A stretch of 64,000 nt of DNA from Felis catus (taxonomy: Eukaryota): assembly GCF_018350175.1 (NCBI RefSeq), contig NC_058368.1:33358001-33422000 (forward strand), written 5' to 3'. Under the pieces are notes generated by a model that saw only the letters and a program-made list of their open reading frames with translations, made no database searches and was not told the DNA's origin. Positions 38,605 through 50,599 of this stretch are shown in pieces. Position 1 is the stretch's first letter, and each line of letters opens with the position of its first letter. The position numbers and the translations under genes are program-made.

Positions 38605-39015
38605 GTGTATTATGATGTTTCTTTCTAGGCTGGAAGACACTGCCTCTCCCTAGGCTAGCCAATTCTTAGACATCCCAAAGGGCCCAGCTGGGAGTATGAT
38701 ACAACACTAAGAATCCAGAGCCACCCTTTCTCTTTCTGGCCCTAGCACCAGGAGGCAATATCCTCCTGCTTTAATCATCTCAGGGCCAGGCAGCTAGAGA
38801 CCATTTCTATAGCCCACAGCCTGCTGAAGGAATTATTCAAACTAACCACTACTAAAGTGTTTACTCATGCTCCAAAGGAAACCCAAGAAAGGCTCCTCTA
38901 AGCCTCCCCACATTCTGCCTGCTGGCTACCCTGGTGTGTTTCCAGTGGCCTCGCATGGCATGCCATGTCTCCTGTATCTACGCTTGGGAGTACAGTAAAT
39001 ATTTTCTTCTTGAAA
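38605..39015 (+). mobile_element. ERVL LTR (MER54/MER74-like)
   Basis: ggctagccaattcttaga...aatccagagcca...caggaggcaatat...taatcatctcagggccagg...aattattcaaacta...accctggtg. Confidence 0.7.
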
Positions 39016-39033
39016 ATAAAATAGAGGTTTCAG

Positions 39034-39035
<2 letters not shown>

Positions 39036-39095
<60 letters not shown>
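39036..39095. repeat. (AT)30 microsatellite
   Basis: Perfect 60-nt run. Confidence 0.97.
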
Positions 39096-39097
<2 letters not shown>

Positions 39098-40778
39098 TAA
39101 ATTCCATCCTTTCAGAAAAATTAAATTTCACAATTGTTTTTCCAAAATTGAATTTTTATCAATTTTTTAAAGTGAAATGCTACTTTTTTTTGGCTATTAA
39201 GAATAATTAATAAAGATGCAATAAAAATCCCAAATTGAGTACTTACACAGGTTATAAATGTTAAGATTATTAATAATTTTGTTAACTTCTTAACAACCTT
39301 CTTAACTATCATCATATAGGTATAGGCAATTGAAATACATGTCTAAAGAATATCCTACCCATTATTTATTATACACATTAACCATTCAGTTAATTATTCT
39401 AAAACTTCAGGCCCCTATCTCGAGTGAAAGACTCCTCCATGGCTGGGCTCTCATTGATTCCTTAAAAGTTATTTTCCTACTTTATCTGAGATTGACAGAC
39501 CATCTAACATTTCTTCTTTAATATACCATATTTATTCATAGGCTATTTTATACATGGAAAATATTCTTCTGAATCTACTTACATTTATTCCACTCTTAAA
39601 ATTTAGGTTTTTACTTTTTCTAATTTCTTCTTTTGCTGTAAAATTTATGTAAATTCATATTACCATACTAGTCTAAAGCAGCTTGAATATGTTAAACTTG
39701 AATAAAAATTTTGTAAATCAATTTTCCTTTTATTAGAAAATGACCATACTTTACAGTATGTAGAGGTTATGCAAGTTTTGAGTTGTGTTTGTGATCTCTG
39801 GAAAGACCTGGAGAAGGGAGATTCTGTGTTTTAAAATATTTTGTTTTGTCTATAAAAAATGACATGCAAAATAAAGTTTTTATGAAAATGAGAGATTAAA
39901 TTATTTTCCTCTTTGTGATTTTTAAGGCTAGGATGAAAATCTATAGTTGTATTTACATCTTTAGAATACCAAGAACTATATAATACTCACTTGTAGGTAC
40001 TATAAGCCATTAAACCAAAATAAAAATAAGTAATAAAATTGAAAATAAAAATGATAATTGAAATGGATTGTTACAAAACATTTAGTTCTTTAGGAAAAAT
40101 TTCTAAACATTTTAGATACTTATGAGTTGCCGCAAAGTATCCTGTTGACATCTTCTCTCTTTCAGTACATGTGAATATCACCTGATCCTTTGTATTCTTG
40201 GAAAGTCTTATGGCTCGCTTAGCTAAACACACAAGTTGAAGTTTCAATGCATTGGCAGAAATGCTATTTTATCATTTTCAACAAACACTAATTTTACAGC
40301 TTTCACAGCTTCCTACAAATATCAACTCTTGACTCTTGTAAGAACTTCGCACTAACAGTATTGGTTATATTTGATGACTAATATAAAAGCTAATAAGTAG
40401 TATATTCTGCAGGGTTGAATACCTTTTTTATTCATCCACTTTCCTATTTCTGTTTCTTATCTATGGAAGAATACATACTCCAAATATCGTGGTATAGCCA
40501 ATATTGTAAACATGCAAACATGTATTTCCTAAGAAAATAATCACTAGTATATTACAGAGGCATCGAAATACACCAGGAAAAAGAAAAAGAAATTGTCTTA
40601 ATAACATTGCTTGAAATGGTATAAAGTTTTGAATATTTTGATAGGGAAACTTGAAGTATATAATTGCCTATTTCAAAGTGTGTGAAAGTTCCTAGTTATT
40701 TATGAATATTTGAAGTTATTTTCTTCATTCCTTGTTAATTGCTTATGACAGCCAAGAGTTAAAATATGGGTATCCTCT

Positions 40779-40812
40779 TATATAATGTAGGAGAACAGCT
40801 GCAATGCAGTCT
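40779..40812 (+). promoter_or_regulatory. Candidate TATA box plus initiator
   Basis: TATATAA at 40779-40785, 29 nt upstream of the A (40808) in Inr-like GCAGTCT; CAGCTG E-box between them. Confidence 0.4.
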
Positions 40813-41695
40813 GCTTCTGCGGATGCTCTTGACAATGTGTCTCCTAATGCCCTAAAAACAGCTTTCTCCTGCATGGCTGTTACTTCACACTTTCAGGCTC
40901 AAACAATCAGCCTAGTGAAATATTCAAGTGCCACACTGAGGAAAATCCATTTCCACCCATCGCAGAGAGACAGCAAGACAAATCTGCAGTGAGGACAGAA
41001 AAACAAAACAAATTATTGGCAGCCGTGATTGTCCTGGCCTCTTAAGAACACACAACCAAAACATTTAGTTTTTGAAGACATTTTTACTGCCGTGTACTGA
41101 CTTGTTGTGATTTAAAATCCATGTTTTGAAAGCTTGTTTTGGACAAAGTTGTTTGCGGGTTAAACTCGTTTTGATCTAATTGTATTGATATCGGATACAA
41201 GGACTTTCTTACTGAACTCTGGCACCTGGAATAGAGAAGTCCATTGTGTCATTGGCATCGTCGTAATGGCAGTGGTAGACTTCTAAAGTATAGAATCCAA
41301 AAGCTTTTACCAGCAACCCAAAAGTGTTCAGTCTAGGCAGGGCTGCTCTTATTGGATTTAAATATCTCTCTAAAGATTTTGAGATACTTGCCCCCACTGT
41401 GGTCAGGATACTCTTGGTTGACAGGGGTAGTTAAACTGCATGGCAGTCTAAGAAGAGAAGGAACATCTGTTTCTGTCTTGACCAGGCTGCTCCGCGTAGT
41501 CAGTGTTGCAAGTCATGTAATGGTTCATGGAATAAAAACCTTCAGTGCATCCCACCTTGCCTGCCAATACCAGTGCTGTCACCTGCCAGTGATCTGCTCC
41601 ACCACTGAGGGACCTAAGCTCCCAGCTGATAACCCAACTTTTAACTGAAGGGACCAAGTCCACCAAAAACCAACTCATAGAAAGGTACACCTCAA
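40808..41695 (+). other. Candidate non-coding (5'UTR or lncRNA) first exon
   Basis: Unique, less AT-rich than its flanks, 11 CpGs in 40820-41496; possible donors AAG|GTACAC (41684/5) and CAA|GTAAAT (41695/6), then an abrupt return to AT-rich DNA. Confidence 0.35.
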
Positions 41696-44429
41696 GTAAA
41701 TGTGAACTGACTTCTTTCTCTACCTTTTGCCTAGAATTATATAATTACTTTATCATTGGTTTGAAGTATGCTGTTTCTTTATTGGCTCCTTAAGAGACAT
41801 TATCCAGTATGCTATTGGCTTATGAAATATTGTTATTATAAATTACAATTCTTACAGTGAACCTGTATTAAATGAATTATTGGCAAAGACAGACTCAGTC
41901 TTTGAGCATAATTTGTCTCAAACAAAACATTTATCACACTCTCTTTATAGGTAAAAATGTTCTAGGAAAACTACTCAAGGTATTCAAAGAAAGGATTACA
42001 GAAAAATCAAAAGACGTTTGCAAAGATAAAACAGGTAAAAAGTAAGTCTAAGTCTAGCGTAAGTAGTAATTCTGCTGCAAAACTTATGGACACCAGTGGC
42101 AGAAAAGCCTCTGAAGATATTTTGTTTGTCCCTTGGGAACTTTCAGATTAGCCCCTAAAATAGATTAAAAGTTTTTTTCTTTCTTTCTTTCTTTTTTTTT
42201 TTTCTAGACAGCTTTCACATGACTTGAGCCACAGATCTTTTCTCACTTGTCCAAGATAAATTCTTCTACAGATTAATATCAGAATCAGTATTTGCAGCGT
42301 GGCTTCTGCTAGTGAGAGCTGCTAGTTCCCCGAAATAATTTCCCTGGGGAATTGCTTGTACTCACCGTCTTTAGTCACTTGAACCTGGTCTAGACAAAAC
42401 TCTTAATCTCACATAGGAAAATACACTGCCTGATAAAGTATGAGCTCTGTAACTCCAAGTGTCTATCCTCTTAAAAGGCCCTAGAGTTGCAAGTAAATAA
42501 ATCTTGATAAAGGATTCTTGGATCTTCGATACAAGTGGATAAAAAAAAGAAATAATAGAAGGAAACTTTTAAATATATCTTATCTCTACACATCTGTCTA
42601 TATTTCCCATCACATTAGAACAATAGTAAAACTAATAAATTATTTGAACTATGTAGAACTCTTCTATACAAGTATTTTCATTCATAACTAAGAAATGGGC
42701 TAAAATCTATTATCAACATATTTAGTCAATGTGCTTATATAAGTGAGTCTCAGAACAGAATGGAAATTTGCTCAATTACTTAGGGAAGATATTTAAGCCC
42801 AAAAATAGAACTGGAAAGCACTTTATATCTAAATAAAATTTAGGAAATGTAAAATGTAAAATTAAAGAAATTAAGAAAGGCCAGAAAGAATTAAATCAGG
42901 CCAAAAAAAGTTCATTCTCAACAGAGACTGCCAAAGGCACAAATATGCAGAGGACAGAACTAGAGTTTTAATAATACTTAAATATTTCTTAAAATTCTTA
43001 ATTTTAGTAGAAAGCAAAGTATCTATAAGTAAGCAGTTTGTGATTCAACAAAGAAACTTCATCACCCAAATAAAAAAGCTAATGAATCTTAAAAGGTTAT
43101 CTGGCAGAATATGTGAAAAGAGAGGTATTTATTCACTAATGAGAAAATGAATTGAGGACAGAAACATGATGCATATTAAAAAAATGACCTGGCTTTGCTT
43201 TTGTCTGCCCTTCCCTTAGAGCAGTGTCTATTTTTACAAGAACAGCACTGTCTTCCAGATTATAGACTCAAAAAATCAAAAGATCCTCATTTCATCAAAC
43301 AATGTAAAGGGCTTTGATTTATTTTTATAAGTGGTGAAAATGGTAGTAAAGAAAGACATTACTGCTTTCATGCTGGTGAAAATCTGTATGGGGTAGCCAT
43401 TGATAAAATATTCCAAGTTTGCTTTTTGTTAAAAGTAATGTTTATTTTTTTATATTAAGTAATGAATATTTCATAGTTTAAAAAATGAGCAATAGAAGGG
43501 CAGTTTGCCCAAAGAGCAACCATAAAATAGCAATTTTCCATCTCCTCAGTAATTATTGCTAATATTTTATGTGTGTTCTTGAATTTTTTTCTGATATGGA
43601 TAGATTGTTTGAATGTGCTATGTTTGTACTGCATATGTTGCTGAATATAAAACTTTCCCAAATCATTCTTTTCATTTAATAATATCTCATATAAATGTCC
43701 TTATATCATTATATATTTAGAAAAATATTTTAATGATAATATAACATTTCAACCATCATTAACTATGTTCACTACGTTACATATTCATATAATTATTTGT
43801 TGCTATGAATTGACAATGCAATTTTTACATATACCATTGTGTTTTTCCTTAAGTCAGTTTCCTAATCAAAGGATTAGATTACAGGTAGAAGGATATCAAT
43901 AGTTGGTTGGCTTTTGATGACTACCGGGAATCTTAAACTTTTTTTTACAATCTATCCTCTTGAAATATTAAAAATATTCTAGTTCTTCTTCCTACTCTTT
44001 CTATACAAATGCATCAGTGTTTCTTAATTAGATAAGCATAAATGGAATATACCTTTGGCTACTAGTGAAGTCAGTATGTTTATTGCCATTTGTTTTCATT
44101 CCCCCCCCCCCTTTTTATTTTGGAAGGAGAGGAAGAAATTAAACTACACATCGTCTTGTTTTGATAATAGGCATTACGTTTACTTTTTGCATTGCTTCTG
44201 GTTTGGAATTATCAAAACATCAATCCTACTTGTTGTTTATTTTAACTGAATAACACAGATCTATGAAGAGTTGAAAATACAAGTTCTCTTTCACCTGATC
44301 TCCCATTCCCAAATAATGAAACACTGAATATACATGTTGCATAATTTTTCAGCATTTTAAAAATTACATCTTCTTCACATATACATATAGGTTTATATAG
44401 ACATGATGTGTGTGTATATATATATATAT

Positions 44430-44623
44430 TTTTTTTTGAGAGAGAGGGAGACAGTGTGCATATGCAAGTGGGGGAGGGGCAGAGGGAGAGGAAGAGAGAA
44501 TGTTAAGCAGAGTTCCACACCCAGCTTGAAGCCCCACATAGGGCTAATCTCATGACCATGAGATCATGGTCTAAACTGAAATCAAGAATCTGATGCTTAA
44601 ATGACTGAGCCACCTAGGTGCCC
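44430..44623 (-). mobile_element. CanSINE
   Basis: Reverse-complement copy ending actgagccacctaggtgccc. Confidence 0.9.
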
Positions 44624-44626
44624 AAC

Positions 44627-44628
<2 letters not shown>

Positions 44629-44702
<74 letters not shown>

Positions 44703-44712
44703 CATATATATA

Positions 44713-44750
<38 letters not shown>

Positions 44751-44830
44751 ATATATTTTAATTATATTTATATATTTGTATATTTTATTATATATTTATT
44801 ATATATATTATATATATAAACATTATATAC
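44629..44830. repeat. Compound (TA)n(CA)n and degenerate TA tract
   Basis: Directly visible. Confidence 0.9.
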
Positions 44831-44893
44831 ATAAAATGTATAATTAGATAAAATCCATAAATTAGATAAAATCCATAAATAAAAGTATATTCA

Positions 44894-45070
44894 GGGGTTC
44901 AGGTCATGATCTCACAGTTTGTATGATCTCACACTATTGGCGTGTGAGTCTGCTTGGGATTCTCTCTCTCCTCTCTCTCTATCCTTCCACCACTCACACA
45001 CATACTGTCTTGCTCTCTCGCTCTCTCTCTCAAACATAAATAAATGAAAACTTAAAAAAAGTAAATAAAT
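44894..45070 (+). mobile_element. Rearranged CanSINE
   Basis: tcaggtcatgatctcaca with duplicated atgatctcaca, then ctgcttgggattctctc, CT tract and tail. Confidence 0.8.
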
Positions 45071-45151
45071 ACGAATCTGCTAATTTTCAAAGTAAAGGGG
45101 TTATATTATACATAATGATCTATGACTTCTTTCTAAATTAAGAATATATTA

Positions 45152-45366
45152 GGGGTGCCCGGATGGCTCAGTCAGTTAAGCATCCAACTCTTGGTTTCAG
45201 CTCAGGTCATGATCTCACAGTTTTGCGAGTTCAAGCCCCACATCAGGCTCCAAGCTGATGGTGCAGAGCCTGCTTGGGACTCTCTGTCTCCCTCTCTCTC
45301 TGTGCCCTTCCCCCACTTGCACTGTCTTGGTCTCTCTCAAAATAAACTTTTAAAAAATTTTTAAAA
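45152..45366 (+). mobile_element. CanSINE
   Basis: Full length; flanked by aagaat(at/gc)atta. Confidence 0.94.
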
Positions 45367-45477
45367 AAGAATGCATTAGTAACATCATTCCATTTTAGCA
45401 TATATTGGCTTCGCCTCATACTTTATTTGTTGTGCAGTACTCCATTTTTACATATATCAAATATATACAAATAACAG

Positions 45478-45926
45478 TATTATGAGAGTTGAGTTGTGTT
45501 CCCCCAAAAGATAAAGAAGTGCTAACCCCACTAGCTCAGAATATGAATTTATTTGAATAGGGTCATTGCAGATGCAATTAATTAAGATGGATGGGGTAGG
45601 ATGGCCTCTTATTCCGGTATGATCAGTGTCCTTACAAGAAGAAGAAAGATAATGTGAATAGAAACACATCGCAAAAACAGCATGTGACAGCAGAGGCAGA
45701 GATTAAAGTGTTGCAAGTCAAGAAATCCAGGGGACAACAGCTATCATGAGAAGCTGGGATGAGGAAAGGGAAGATATTCCTTTATAGGCTTTATACGGAG
45801 CATAGCCCAGCTGGTGCCTTAATTTGGGATTTGTAGACTTCAAAACTGTGAGCTTATGGATTTCTGTTGCTTTAAACCATGCAGTCCATGGTACTTTGCT
45901 ATGGCAGCTTTAGGAAACTAATACAT
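45478..45926 (+). mobile_element. MaLR solo LTR (MLT1C-like)
   Basis: gttgagttgtgttcccccaaaagata...atagggtcattgcagatgcaattaattaagatg...tggtactttgctatggcagctttaggaaactaataca. Confidence 0.85.
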
Positions 45927-46434
45927 AAAAATACTATAGGTTTTGTTTTTTTCTGTTGTCTTGCTGTATATCTGTGATGTTGCCTATCTATGTCTGTATT
46001 TTGGTATATGAGTAACTATTTTCATAGGATGCGACTCTTCAGTAGAATTGCATTATTTTGGCAATGCCATCAAAATATGTTGTTCCAAATTCATATAACA
46101 CAATAAGTATATGATACTATTCTTTTTTTCTCCAATATTATACAAGCTGGGGGGTGAGGTTGGAAAAGAACTACTTCAGGGTTACTTTCATTTGTGTTTT
46201 TCTAATCATTAGTAAAGTTGAATATTCCATGGCTATTATATTCCGTGGTTTTTATTATTGTGGAGCTCCTATTCATATATTTCTCCCCATTTTCTGATAA
46301 ATTTATTTGTTCTATCATATTCTATTAATGTATGTATGCTATATATTATATATTTGCCAATATACTTGCTAATATATTAGTAATAATTTACTGATAATTA
46401 CTAACAATTGCCTCCCTGGAATTAACACTTCTGA

Positions 46435-46559
46435 GACTATCTATGGCCACTTTATAATGAAATGGCAGAGTTGAGCAGTGGCAACAAAGATGTTATGGCT
46501 CAAAGATGTCCAAGGGGCTTAGGGTACAGCACTTTACAAAACAAGTTTGCTCATCTCTG
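46435..46559. mobile_element. MER58-like hAT-Charlie fragment
   Basis: ctatggccacttt...atggcagagttgagcagtggcaaca...ctttacaaaacaagtttgctcatctctg. Confidence 0.6.
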
Positions 46560-47278
46560 CTCTCCATGGTAGCACAATATTTATAACTCTAGTCAAAACA
46601 CTTTGGTATTGGCACACACGCACACACAAATACATCCTCTAGAACATAACTTGTGTTCTAGAATTTAAAGTAAGCCACTCATTGCATTTACGTGATTAAT
46701 TACAATGGTCTTTGGATAAGAATCACTGATCAAAGGAAGGATTTTATTTTAATGATAGATAAATGGCCTTGAGAAGTTGTAAATTGATTCAAAAAATATC
46801 CTGTATAGAGAAAAAAAATTGTTAAATCTTAAATATTTTTGTTTGTTTTTCAATGCTTAGATTTTAAGTATGCATTTGATTTAGGCAAGTTAAAAGCATT
46901 TAAAATACTGAGGTAATTTTAAGATTTAGCTATGTCCTCATCTAAATTACATAAGTTTGAAGCACACATCACATGGGTTGCTAGAGTTCCAGAGCTTTAT
47001 TTTTTGAGAGACTCCAAAGCATTTGTCAAGCATGTGAAAAGTCAAGTTGACAAAATATGTATTGTCTCTAATCAGAGTTTATCAGTTAAATACAGGAGAA
47101 GATGCAGATTCTCATTCCTTCCTAATTTTTCTTTTCTCTAAGTGTAAAATTTTTGTCTATAGTTTTATGATATTGACTGTTTCCGATACTGAATACTAAG
47201 CAAATAGCATTTTGTGGGGGTTATGATAAAAATTCTTACTCCTCAAATATGTGCTTGCTCTAAAAAACATGCAGACAG

Positions 47279-47502
47279 GGCACTTGTCACAGGGTGATGA
47301 AGTCAGTTAAGTGGCCAACTCTTGATCTCGGCTCAGGTCATGATCTCACGGTTTGTGAGTTCGAGCCCCACGTCAGGCTTTGTGCTGATGGTGCAAAGCC
47401 TGCTTGGGATTCTCTCTCTCCTTCTCTCTTCCCCTCCCCTGCTTGTGCTCACGCTCTCTCAAAATAATAAATAAACTTAAAAATCACAACAACAACAACA
47501 AC
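47279..47502 (+). mobile_element. CanSINE with (AAC)n tail
   Basis: Perfect 16-bp TSD aaaaacatgcagacag at 47263-47278 and 47503-47518. Confidence 0.94.
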
Positions 47503-48066
47503 AAAAACATGCAGACAGTGCTGAATTATCCAAATGGTTGTAAATTGACATATCAGAGACACTTAACACATACTGTATATCATAAAGACATCATTTTAAC
47601 CATTTCTTTCTACTACTGGCCTGAAAATTTTCTCTCTGCTATCATTCGGTGAGATCAAAAAGATTTTTAAATATTCTCCCCGCTTTCACATGGAGCAACA
47701 TTAATACAAATAGAATGCAGCCCCATGAACATTTTAAACTTACTGTTATTTAGGAAATCTAATACACGCAAAATGTCCTATTTCTGAAAAGGAGAAAATT
47801 AAAACCTAAAACGATATGATTTCTATTCAAGAGCTCTTGAGAAAGGAGAATTTCTGGCTGTTCGGATTCCAGTGTGCTGCTGAGCCATGGTGTAGCCAGA
47901 TCTGTTGTGAGTAATGTAGCTTCCAAAACCAGAAGCTGATACTTCTGATTAATATAATAAAAATATGAATATACTGTTGGTTCCTAGACCAGAAGGCAGC
48001 CAGAAGATTTGGCAATGCATTCCCTTTAGGAAAGTTATTGTCACCGATTCTGTTGCTGCTATTATT

Positions 48067-48068
<2 letters not shown>

Positions 48069-48120
<52 letters not shown>
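48069..48120. repeat. (TG)21(AG)5 microsatellite
   Basis: Direct count. Confidence 0.95.
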
Positions 48121-49690
48121 TGGTTGATTGAATGACTTATATTTGTTTTGAGACAATATTATTACAAAATATACACAAATGAAGAGTTATTTACAACTGA
48201 TTTTACCTGCACTGATTAGCAGGGGCATATGCTGACAAATTATTTTTACATCTTGTTGCATGGGCAACGTGGACATTAAATGGAAGCATTGAAACTAATC
48301 CCCGCACAACCTTTGTATCAGTTATATATTTGAAAATAATAAAAAAAAAAAACCAGACTTGGTGTTTAATGTTTAAACAGTTTGTTTAAATATTAAACAG
48401 GAATTTTTTTCTCTGATTAATTAAATGAGAGCAAAAGCTTAAAAAATTAATTTCTAATGCCTGCAATGTCTAACAAGATAGTATCACAAACAACACTTCT
48501 GCAATATGTTGATCACCAGAATTTTTTTTCAAAGAGTACACTTTTTTATTTCTCTTAAAATATATTCAGATCACATGTAAAAAAAAAAAGAAAAAAGAAA
48601 ACTTGTTTATCATTCAGGAAACTTACTGCACTATGGCAAGCAAAAGAAAAGGGAGGAATTCAGCTTTTAACAAAGCAAGTGGTAATATGCTCTGGTCTTT
48701 ATTTGTCCTTGGTCAAGACCGGAATACTAAAGAACTGAAAGATGGATATTTGTACTTTAGTGTTCCTGAAGGGTTCTTTAAAGAATTCTTCTGTTATACT
48801 TACTATTTAAGCAGGCTGGCATTTCCTTTTCTATCCTATTGTTTGTATCTGAAGCATTTTACTGGCACTTTCATTCTTCAAGGATACAGGAGTCAACAAT
48901 TTATTTCTCTTTTGGATTGGGGAATATCATTCCCGTAGTTTAGGTGAGGAACCTCAGAAAAATAACTCTAAACTGGGCAAACAATTATATCTGTCATTTA
49001 AATTACATATTTCTCTAATAGTGTACTCATCATTGAAATTGTCCTTGGAATAATTTATATCTTAGATCACAAATTCCGGAGGCTGGAGATGGATAATTTA
49101 TTATGACTGCAGTTTTCTGCTCATTATAGAGTCAATAATGATTATTAATTGCCGATAGTGTGTTTCATCCCTGAAAGTTCAGAAAATAATATATATAACT
49201 TAATAATAAATAACTACTTGCTAAGGGCAAGGCACTGTAGTCTTTACTGTGTACATGTGAGTCCCTTTGAGAGTACCCCTTGGAAGGGCATGATCCACTG
49301 CTCTCTGGGAACTGGTCTCCATTTTCTCTTGGTAGGAAAGCACAAGCAGGAACTGTAGTCCAAGGGAGCTTGACATTGTAACTGAACATCATCAATACAT
49401 TTTACCCATCTAACCTTGCTAAAACAAGCATTAATCACAGTGGAAATTGTGAAACTATGGGGGAGGGGAATTCAATTTTGCTCAAGACTTATAAGAATTG
49501 CTGAGAAGTGAATCCAAGAATTTCTGAAATTGATCTCCACTTTATTCCACAAAGCTCTCTTTATACTGCTAGGCAATTTTGCTATTACAAATTTTCATTA
49601 ACATTGAAAAGACTAAGGGTAACTGTTGATACTTTGAACAGCAATTGTACATTAGTGTCATATTAGCCCTGTAGTTGAAAATATACAATC

Positions 49691-49896
49691 AGGTGCCTGG
49701 GTGGCTTAGTCGGTTGAGCCACCAACTCCTGATTTTGGCTCAGGTCATGATCTCATGTTGGTGAGTTCAAGCCCCACATCAGGTTCTGCACTGACAGTGT
49801 GGTGCCTGCTTGTGATTCTCTCCTTCTGTGTGCCTCCCCTATGTGCTCTCTCTGTCTCTCTCTCTCTCAAAGTAAATAAATATGTTTTAAAAAAAG
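49691..49896 (+). mobile_element. CanSINE
   Basis: Flanked by aaaatatacaat TSD. Confidence 0.93.
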
Positions 49897-50159
49897 CAAA
49901 ATATACAATGAATCTAACCACCAATAGAATCAAAGTTACAGTTCCCAGACTTGATGTTAGAGCATAATTGTCTGACACACTGTATCAATCTTTCATCATC
50001 CTTTTTTTATTTCCTTTCAGAGATTCTTCACTTTAACCAATCTAACCAAAATGAAATGTTGCATCTTGCCATTAAATTTAATCAGGCTATTTTTTTTTTT
50101 AACCTGGATTATCACTGCCAAATTTTTTGACTAATTTAAAAGATCTCATCGTTTTTATT

Positions 50160-50389
50160 GTTTTATTTTGTATTTTATTTTTTTAAGTGTTTATTTATTT
50201 TGAGAGAGAACGACAGAGAGAGAGCTGGGTAGGGGCAGAGAGAGAGGGAGAGAGAGAGAGAATCCCAAGCAGGCTCCTCGCTGTTAGCACAGAGCCCATC
50301 GTGGGGCTCAGACTCATAAACTGTGAGATCAGGACCTAAGCTGAAATCTACAGTCAGTTGATGAACCAACAGAACCACCCAGGTACCCC
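50160..50389 (-). mobile_element. CanSINE
   Basis: Reverse-complement copy ending aaccacccaggtacccc. Confidence 0.92.
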
Positions 50390-50599
50390 AAAAAACTAAT
50401 TTTTAATAATATTTTTATTAAATATTGAATACTTAATAATTATATATCCAATGCTTCATATTGTGTTGATATGCATTTGTATGTTAATATAAATTCAGAT
50501 ACTAGGATGAAAACGATGCAAAATAGAGTAATGTATTTATGACCTAGCTAAAGGAAAAATATATTTTAATCATATATGGAGAGCCGGTATACTGTACTA

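Noticed and set aside
38934..39170. ORFs with IYIY, HTHT or SLSL runs (also 44601, 47827, 57204)
   Set aside because: Translations of dinucleotide microsatellites.
41209..41690. - strand coding exon (62-aa and 80-aa ORFs, donor-like CA|GTAAGA at ~41212)
   Set aside because: Non-ATG track starts, no recognisable protein and no partner exons; the + strand promoter interpretation fits better, though strand is unproven.
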